From positions 1 to 20,947 of the forward strand of contig CBDHHL010000004.1 of assembly GCA_965263355.1 (NCBI GenBank): a stretch of DNA of 20,947 nt, written 5' to 3'. Below are positions 1 through 5,455 of the stretch, one piece after another (position 1 is the stretch's first letter; the number at the start of each line of letters is the position of its first letter). The DNA comes from Leptolyngbyaceae cyanobacterium. GTDB lineage: Bacteria; Cyanobacteriota; Cyanobacteriia; Phormidesmidales; Phormidesmidaceae. The position numbers were made by a program, and so were the translations under genes. The notes beneath the pieces are model-generated. The model was not told where the DNA came from, searched no databases, and saw only the letters and a list, made by a program, of their open reading frames with translations.

Positions 1-574
1 CCTGCTGAGCAATTCTTAGTCCATTAGCCCTATTTTCAATTTCAAGAGATATTTTCTCTGATTCTTCTATTCGTCCAACCTCTTGCATGACTCGACAAAG
101 TCTATCACCAGAGTAATCCAGTAATACTTCTTCTTTGACTTCACCACAAAAATAATAGGACAAAAAGAAATCTAAACCTCGCTCATCAAAAATTCGTGCA
201 ATCGCATCTAGACCTGGAACAACTCTGCCCATATCGTCAAGAAATTGTTCTCCGAGCAACAAATACTTAATTTCGTACTCTAAATCAAGCTCATAAGTGT
301 TCTGAATGACATGCAGAAAAAACTGGGAATAAGTACATATCCAGTTGTAGTAATGCTCTGACTCCCAATGTCCAGAGACAGCAGACCAAAGTGATCGCAG
401 AAGAAATACAGCTTCTCGAAGTGCTTCAGTAGTATTTTTCTGTTGTATTTGCTTTATATACTCAATAGCCTTTATTACAATCTGAGGATCACCGTATCTT
501 AATCCGAAGTGTTCGTATGTCTCGGTAAGAGCCTCTTCGCGTGTGTAAATTAGTATTCCGTCGATGTATTCCAT
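1..574 (-). CDS. Hypothetical protein (3'-truncated by window edge), cassette-like gene directly downstream of the group II intron/attI-like site
   Basis: Manual translation from ATG at 574 is open for 191 codons to the window start (MEYIDGILIYTREEALTETYEHFGLRYGDPQIVIKAIEYIK...NRANGLRIAQQ). AT-rich; no family recognised. Absent from the ORF track because its stop is outside the window. Confidence 0.75.
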   Translation of the reverse strand, partial: MEYIDGILIYTREEALTETYEHFGLRYGDPQIVIKAIEYIKQIQQKNTTEALREAVFLLRSLWSAVSGHWESEHYYNWICTYSQFFLHVIQNTYELDLEYEIKYLLLGEQFLDDMGRVVPGLDAIARIFDERGLDFFLSYYFCGEVKEEVLLDYSGDRLCRVMQEVGRIEESEKISLEIENRANGLRIAQQ

Positions 575-621
575 AACTTCATAACTTTACGCAAGATGGC
601 TTTAGATTGCCATGATTTTGT

Positions 622-1388
622 CTCGGGTAAGGAAGCAGGTTTTAAATATATCCCGCTTCCTCCCCTCAGAACCGTACGTACAACTTTCACTGTATACGGC
701 TCAAGCAATGTCTTGAAATTCAGTTTTTCCGATTCTTAACAACCTTTTCAGATTGTCCTGATGGTTACGTTTACAAGCCGAAGCTTGCACCTAACTTTTC
801 CCAATCAGTTAAGTTTCATCTCACCTTCATTCAAGTCCATCACCTATCCCACGTCAGCCCCCTTTCAGGTTGGGCAAATGCCCTATCTGCCCCGTTATGA
901 ATTCCGGTTGCCTTTCGGCTGGCAGCTTTCGCTTCTTGGGATATCCTGTGCCCGCTAGAGAGTTCAGCTTTGGTTGCCCTCCGCTTACCTGGAAAATAAA
1001 GTATTTTCAGGACTCTATCGGGGTTTCCTCGTTCCGCACGGGGTGGAGATATGATTGCTTTAGGATTCCTCTTTACTCCGAGAGCGGGATGTTCTGATTG
1101 GCATTTAGACGCTACCAACCCCCATATGCTCCAATATTCTCGTATCAGCCATTTCGAGAACTCACATTAACGAAGCCTCATCAAGGATTCACTTGCGTTA
1201 TCCTTAGCAATCTTGCCCTAGCCTGCACCCTCTTGTTGGCTCAGAAGATACTGCGACATTTAACCTCGTCTGCTGATGCTGCCCTCCCATTACTGGTCGA
1301 ACATTCCGAGGCGGACATCCGCCTGAACACTGGCGGGGAGAGTCATTTGGGAGTCTCTCCAACTCCCCCGAACGACTTCGAGTCGCGC
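622..1388 (-). mobile_element. ORF-less group II intron (IIB / chloroplast-like type)
   Basis: 5' end GCGCGACTCGAAGTCG at 1388 (GUGYG variant). Canonical 34-nt domain V GAGCCGTATACAGTGAAAGTTGTACGTACGGTTC (702-669) with AGC triad, GAAA loop and AC bulge. Domain VI hairpin GGGGAGGAAGCGGG...CCTGCTTCCTT-A-CCC with bulged A at 628. EBS1 GTCTAA (1110-1105) in a hairpin loop pairs with exon TTAGAC; EBS2 TGTGAGTT (1166-1159) pairs with exon AACTCATA. No RT ORF. The 3' boundary (622 vs 620) is uncertain. Confidence 0.93.
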
Positions 1389-1408
1389 GTCTAACTATGA
1401 GTTATCCA
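1389..1408 (-). other. attI-like tyrosine-recombinase simple site (also the intron target, IBS2/IBS1)
   Basis: Minus strand reads TGGATAAC TCATA GTTAGAC: a GTTRRRY core plus an inverted TAAC box, with 7 nt between TAA and TTA, the same geometry as attI1 (CCCTAA-AACAAAG-TTAGG). Functional identity is inferred. Confidence 0.55.
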
Positions 1409-1531
1409 GACTAAGTCTGGATAAATACCTTCCAGCCGGAGTTATCCAGAAACTTTCTGGATAAACACCTTATAAGCAATTAACCCAGAAACTTTCTGGA
1501 TAATACCCCCAGAGTCGGAGTTATCCAGAAA
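1399..1531. repeat. Tandem palindromic repeat array 1, ~40-bp period, 3.5 units of TTATCCAGAAACTTTCTGGATAA
   Basis: Units begin at about 1401, 1441, 1480 and 1520 (last one partial). Each has a 23-bp inverted repeat; linkers are ~17 nt and partly variable. Confidence 0.9.
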
Positions 1532-1746
1532 GCTTTAACCTCGCTTTAATAGTTCAAATAAACTATTGAGCCATCTACCAAGACTTATCGTGAGTGTGAT
1601 GTTTTAGGGGGTCGCTAAGACTATCCTTGTTCGATGGGGTCAATATCTACCGTTTTTGACGGTTAAACCAGTGAAATGAGCATTTTTCCGGCCAGAAGCA
1701 TCTCCTCAGTGCCTTGATAACAGCGTGATACAGCCCATTTGCTAGC

Positions 1747-1776
1747 TTGACGAAAGCCTAACCCCCGGTCTAAAGT
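1747..1776 (+). promoter_or_regulatory. Putative sigma70-type promoter for the structured leader/small ORF
   Basis: TTGACG (1747-1752), 18-nt spacer, TAAAGT (1771-1776), upstream of the hairpin-rich leader. Confidence 0.3.
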
Positions 1777-1784
1777 AACCCAAT

Positions 1785-1992
1785 GCTGCAAGTGCAGCTG
1801 TTCTACTAGAACCTAATAACTTGGCACCATCGGCAGGTGCTCGCAACACCTAACCGATGGCTGACCCGCGGATTACCTAGCAATCCTTGGGATGGGCTTA
1901 TTATGCCTCAGCCCCTGCGATTTGCCATGCATCGCGGGGGCTGAGCCGTTAGGTTCTGGCTTTCCTTGTCGTTTCTCTGGAGAACCAGAACC
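1785..1992 (+). promoter_or_regulatory. Highly structured 5' leader (candidate cis-regulatory RNA)
   Basis: Hairpins at 1827-1860 (CCATCGGCAGGTG...CACCTAACCGATGG) and 1907-1945 (15-bp stem). The hairpin at 1952-1992 occludes the GGAG RBS. An alternative pairing is possible between 1808-1816 and 1949-1957. Confidence 0.55.
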
Positions 1993-2232
1993 ATGTTTCA
2001 AGACCCAACCCAGGGCGCATCAGCGCTCACCCGTCAGCCTGACCCGCTACCAGAATCTTCCTACGAAATGGGACGACATCTGCTGCTGGGCAGTTTGACC
2101 TTTGTGCAGACCACCATCAAGCTGCTGCATAAACTCAACTACACTGAGCCCAACGACTGGAGCCGTCCGCTACCCACCGGACGACCCAATGAGGTGATGG
2201 CGATTTTGACTAAAAAAGTGAAGATTAGCTAG
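1993..2232 (+). CDS. Small conserved-type cyanobacterial hypothetical protein (79 aa)
   Basis: ATG at 1993 with GGAG at 1979-1982. The motif RHLLLGS...TIKLLHKLNYTEPNDWSRPLPTGRPNEVMAILTK resembles a small cyanobacterial protein family I recall; not verified by search. Confidence 0.7.
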   Translation: MFQDPTQGASALTRQPDPLPESSYEMGRHLLLGSLTFVQTTIKLLHKLNYTEPNDWSRPLPTGRPNEVMAILTKKVKIS

Positions 2233-2238
2233 GGCGAT

Positions 2239-2266
2239 GCGATCGCATCTGAGCAGGTGCGATCGC
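2239..2266. repeat. Paired HIP1 sites forming a hairpin (possible terminator)
   Basis: GCGATCGC at 2239-2246 and 2259-2266 within GCGATCGCATCTG-AG-CAGGTGCGATCGC, immediately after the stop at 2232. Confidence 0.6.
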
Positions 2267-2282
2267 TCTGAATATCTACCGC

Positions 2283-2545
2283 TTACAAACAATCTTCAGC
2301 CAACACACAAACAAGCACCAAGGCAATGTGTATAAATGGCAAGATAGAGATAGAGGCAACAACAACTGCAATCAGACTGACAGCTATTCTGCTTGAATCT
2401 AAAAACTCTGCTGGTGTAATAGCATTTATGCCAAACTGCTCAATACCCACAAAATCACGAGTTACGAGCCATGCTGGGTTGGTGATTGTCAGTGTGGATG
2501 CGATTTCACTTTGAGCTGATTCTGCATGAACTTTCTGATGAGGCT
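2283..2545 (-). pseudogene. Possible PIN-domain-like gene fragment
   Basis: Open frame without a good start encoding ...AWLVTRDFVGIEQFGINAITPAEFL..., reminiscent of the PIN C-terminal motif (IVTR..DF...I.TP.EFL), followed by a hydrophobic tail. Confidence 0.25.
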
Positions 2546-2604
2546 ACTATCACTGAGAATATTACTATCATTAACTCTAATATCCGGAGGTTAAACGGAC
2601 AACG

Positions 2605-3171
2605 ATGCCCCAAGATAATTCCTCGAGCGCTCTCCAACAGAAGATGGCTTCTCTAAAACAAGCCCTAGCAGAGTCACAGGCTGAAGTACAAGCACTCAAG
2701 CAAAACAATATTGCATTACATACTTTAAACCAAGAACTTGAGCAGCAAGTTCTCACCTGAGTAAACAAGGTACAACAATTACAGACATCTCACTCATCAC
2801 CTATTCCAGAAAATATTAGGCTTGCCCTCGGTACCTCACTAGCTTCACTAGCCCATGACATCATGAAACCATTAAGTTTTCTAATAGGTAATACACAATT
2901 TGTACAAGACAGCATTCGAGAACTGTTTACCGTAATTGATTTGTATCAAAAGGCATTTCCCAATCCAGGCAAAGACCTTGAAGAATCAATCGAGGCCCTT
3001 GATTTAGAGTTTCTCCGTGATGATATCCCAAGACTATTCTCTTCAATACAGCTAGGTTTTCAGAGTGTCGAAAAAGCCGTTAAGCAGCTCAGAGGGTTGT
3101 CTAGCACCGATTATATATCCACACTCCTTCAGACTTTTGATGAACAGCCAGATAACCCAACCAGACCCTAA
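2605..3171 (+). pseudogene. Degenerate histidine kinase fragment (coiled coil + HisKA, no HATPase) with an in-frame TGA
   Basis: GGAGG at 2586-2590, ATG at 2605. TGA at 2758-2760 interrupts an otherwise continuous frame to 3171 containing LGTSLASLAHDIMKPLSFLIGN...LYQ..FP.P...LDLEFLRDDIPRL, which matches the cyanobacterial HisKA pattern LGQLVAGVAHEINNP...DLPKL. Confidence 0.75.
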
Positions 3172-3297
3172 ATACTAAAATAATGTTATCTCTTCTTTGA
3201 AATTAGTGAGGTATTATAAGTCGCTGCAAGAACCGCGTCCTACAGTATGTTGTTATGTAGAATTACGATTGGTGGCCTTGTAAAATTACTCATGTCG

Positions 3298-3397
3298 TTA
3301 GAACACAGGGATTTTATTTCCGTCAAGGTCTCTAAAGCACGCACCAAAGAATGTCCCCCTCGTTCCTTTCTCCTGGAACACCTTCACATGAAGCTCC
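3298..3397 (-). pseudogene. C-terminal remnant of a VOC/glyoxalase family gene
   Basis: With one frameshift in a G5 run it reads GASCEGVPGERNEG-TFFGACFRDLDGNKIPVF*, the typical VOC C-terminus (G..EG.PG.R...FYGAYFRDLDGNK). The 5' part is missing and abuts repeat array 2. Confidence 0.65.
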
Positions 3398-3399
3398 TG

Positions 3400-3590
3400 G
3401 GGGTGATTAGGTGGAAATGTGGCAGCCTCCTACCCATGATTAGAGGGAAAGTTTCCACCTATCTGCCTTATACGGATGATTAGGTGGAAATATTTCTGCC
3501 TAAGATCCCAATGTGGGCGATTAGGTGAAAATGCATCAGTTTAATCATCCAATACAGGTGATTAGGCAGAAAGTTTCAGTATAACCATCC
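3400..3590. repeat. Tandem palindromic repeat array 2, ~40-41-bp period, 5 degenerate units of GATTAGGTGGAAA-N-TTTCCACCTAATC
   Basis: GATTAG starts at 3405, 3438, 3478, 3519 and 3560. Same TTA-N4-GAAA-N-TTTC-N4-TAA architecture as array 1. Confidence 0.85.
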
Positions 3591-3616
3591 CTACTATTTT
3601 GAGCTAATGTTTTCCT

Positions 3617-4288
3617 CTAGAAAGGAAAATCAACTGCGACATAACCCATCACCGTATCCAACCCTGGATTCGGACTATATAACCCCGCATTCGAAATATG
3701 ATGCCAGCGTACCCCCAGCATCATCCGCTGCTCATCATTAATATTAAATGTCGACCCCAAACCCACCTGGGGCGTAAAATTAAACGTCGAACCCGGAGCT
3801 GGAACAGACTCTGTAGTACCTAGAATCCCAGCACCGCCATCAATATAAACAGACCAATTCTCACCCCGAATCCAGTGCGATCGCACCAAAAAGTTCAAAT
3901 TCGCACCAACCGCATCATCCCCCGGTTGATCAAACGCCAACCCATTCAGTTCCAGATTTACACTATGCCCTTTCGCAAAAAAGTGAGAAGCCCCAGCACC
4001 CACTAACCCAAACGTATCATCATCCCGATCCGTCGCACCGGCTGCCTGGATATACCAACGGTTTTGTCCCCGCTCACCATAGTCAGCAGACTCTTCTTCC
4101 TCATCTGCTTGAACCACCTCAACAGGGATACTATCAGCATCAGCAAGACGAAAATCAGTGGTTCTTGCCGCAGGCACGTCTTCATCCAGGATAGGCATTG
4201 CATAGGCCCCAGTATTAGCCATAATGCCGATACCCAACGCACCCAAGAGAATAGTCAACGCTTTCTTTTGCATAGTGATGATAATCAT
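3617..4288 (-). CDS. PagL-family outer-membrane acyloxyacyl hydrolase / lipid A 3-O-deacylase-like beta-barrel
   Basis: Signal peptide; GSTFNFTPQVGLG; RWHHISNAGL..PNPGLD (H-x-S-N catalytic motif); C-terminal Phe. Confidence 0.85.
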   Translation of the reverse strand: MIIITMQKKALTILLGALGIGIMANTGAYAMPILDEDVPAARTTDFRLADADSIPVEVVQADEEEESADYGERGQNRWYIQAAGATDRDDDTFGLVGAGASHFFAKGHSVNLELNGLAFDQPGDDAVGANLNFLVRSHWIRGENWSVYIDGGAGILGTTESVPAPGSTFNFTPQVGLGSTFNINDEQRMMLGVRWHHISNAGLYSPNPGLDTVMGYVAVDFPF

Positions 4289-4354
4289 TAGAGTGAATAT
4301 AAATGATGGCGATCTAGGACTGCTCGATAATTTAGGGCATTTCTGACAAAGAAG

Positions 4355-5455
4355 CTACCTATTATTATCCAGTTGTTTAGGTAGACGTCCCATGGCATCA
4401 ATAAACAACGCGACCAGTTCATCCGTTGTCACCCTGGTTTGCTTCTGAGATGACATCGCGTTTTCCCCCTGATTAAACAAATCATTGGGTCTATATCCCT
4501 GGGCCAGTAGCTGATCCTGAATAAAAATCAGCCGTTTAGCCGCCTGGTGTTCTCCCCATTGATTCAGCATCAAGATAACACCCGCTAACGTCCCCAGGGG
4601 ATTCGCTATGCCTCTTCCTGCAATGTCCGGGGCAGTACCATGCACCGCCTCATACATACCAAAGCCATCGGCATTTAAACTGGCCGAGCCCAACAGACCA
4701 ATCGAGCCAACCAATGCCCCCCCTAAATCACTGAGAATATCGCCAAACAAATTACCAGCCAAAACCACATCAAACGTTTGGGGCCGCATCACCAGCTGCA
4801 TCGCCAGGTTATCCACCAACATGGGTTCTACCACAATATCGGGAAATGCCTGGGCTTCCGCCTGCACCAATTGACTCCAGGGTAAATTAGGCAATGCATT
4901 TTCCTTGTGGGCGACGACCAGGTGCCGCCGACGGTGTTGAGCATAGCGTAGCGCCACCCTAGCAATTCGCCGAATTTCGGCATCGGCATAGTCCATGGTG
5001 TGAAACCCATAGGCCCCCCGCTGATCGCTGCCCCGCCCCGAGGCACCAAAGTAAATGCCACTGACCAACTCACGGACAAACAAGAGATCCACCCCTGCCA
5101 GGCGGTCTGCCTTAATGGGAGAAACCTCCTGCAGGCTGGGCGATGGTCGCACAGGGCGTAGATTGATAAAGAAATCAAAATGTCGTCGCAGTTCCAACAA
5201 ACCACCACGGGTGACTGCGCCAAATAAAATACCGTCAGAGCCCTCACAGAGCGCCAGGGTTTCTGGCGGCAGGGGCTGCCCAAATTTTTGTCGTGCTGGT
5301 TCTCCGATCCAACCGCGCTCAATGGTGAGGGTAAATCCTTCCTGATCCGCCAGTGCCTGCAAAATGGTTAGACTTGCCTCTACTACTTCCGGTCCAATCC
5401 CTTCACCTGGTAAGGCCACAATCCGATAGTGGCGTTCAGCACCATGACGACTCAT
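4355..5455 (-). CDS. Isocitrate/isopropylmalate family beta-decarboxylating dehydrogenase (atypical LeuB-like)
   Basis: LPGEGIGPEV, NLRP, RELVSGIYFG, VDN, NLFGDILSD and EAVHGTAPDIAGRGIANP. The start overlaps the PKS stop (ATGA at 5455-5452). Confidence 0.9.
   Translation of the reverse strand: MSRHGAERHYRIVALPGEGIGPEVVEASLTILQALADQEGFTLTIERGWIGEPARQKFGQPLPPETLALCEGSDGILFGAVTRGGLLELRRHFDFFINLRPVRPSPSLQEVSPIKADRLAGVDLLFVRELVSGIYFGASGRGSDQRGAYGFHTMDYADAEIRRIARVALRYAQHRRRHLVVAHKENALPNLPWSQLVQAEAQAFPDIVVEPMLVDNLAMQLVMRPQTFDVVLAGNLFGDILSDLGGALVGSIGLLGSASLNADGFGMYEAVHGTAPDIAGRGIANPLGTLAGVILMLNQWGEHQAAKRLIFIQDQLLAQGYRPNDLFNQGENAMSSQKQTRVTTDELVALFIDAMGRLPKQLDNNR

Noticed and set aside
761..1394. Short ORFs 761-958, 840-1118, 870-1097 and 1098-1394 as genes or an intron-encoded protein
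   Set aside because: They lie within ribozyme domains I-III and have no RT/maturase motifs.
1399..1531. CRISPR array
   Set aside because: Linkers are only ~10-17 nt and partly similar to each other, the period is 40 bp, and there are no cas genes or leader.
2758..2760. Selenocysteine/readthrough TGA
   Set aside because: The position is in a coiled coil where Arg is expected, not a redox Cys site, and no SECIS-like hairpin is evident.
3247..3483. 78-aa plus-strand ORF
   Set aside because: It runs antisense to the VOC remnant and through the repeat array; likely spurious.
3400..3590. CRISPR array
   Set aside because: Units are degenerate with short linkers; they fit the palindromic family of array 1 instead.
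4355..5455. Housekeeping leuB symbol
   Set aside because: The specificity loop is missing, there are no other leu genes nearby, and the gene is coupled to the PKS.
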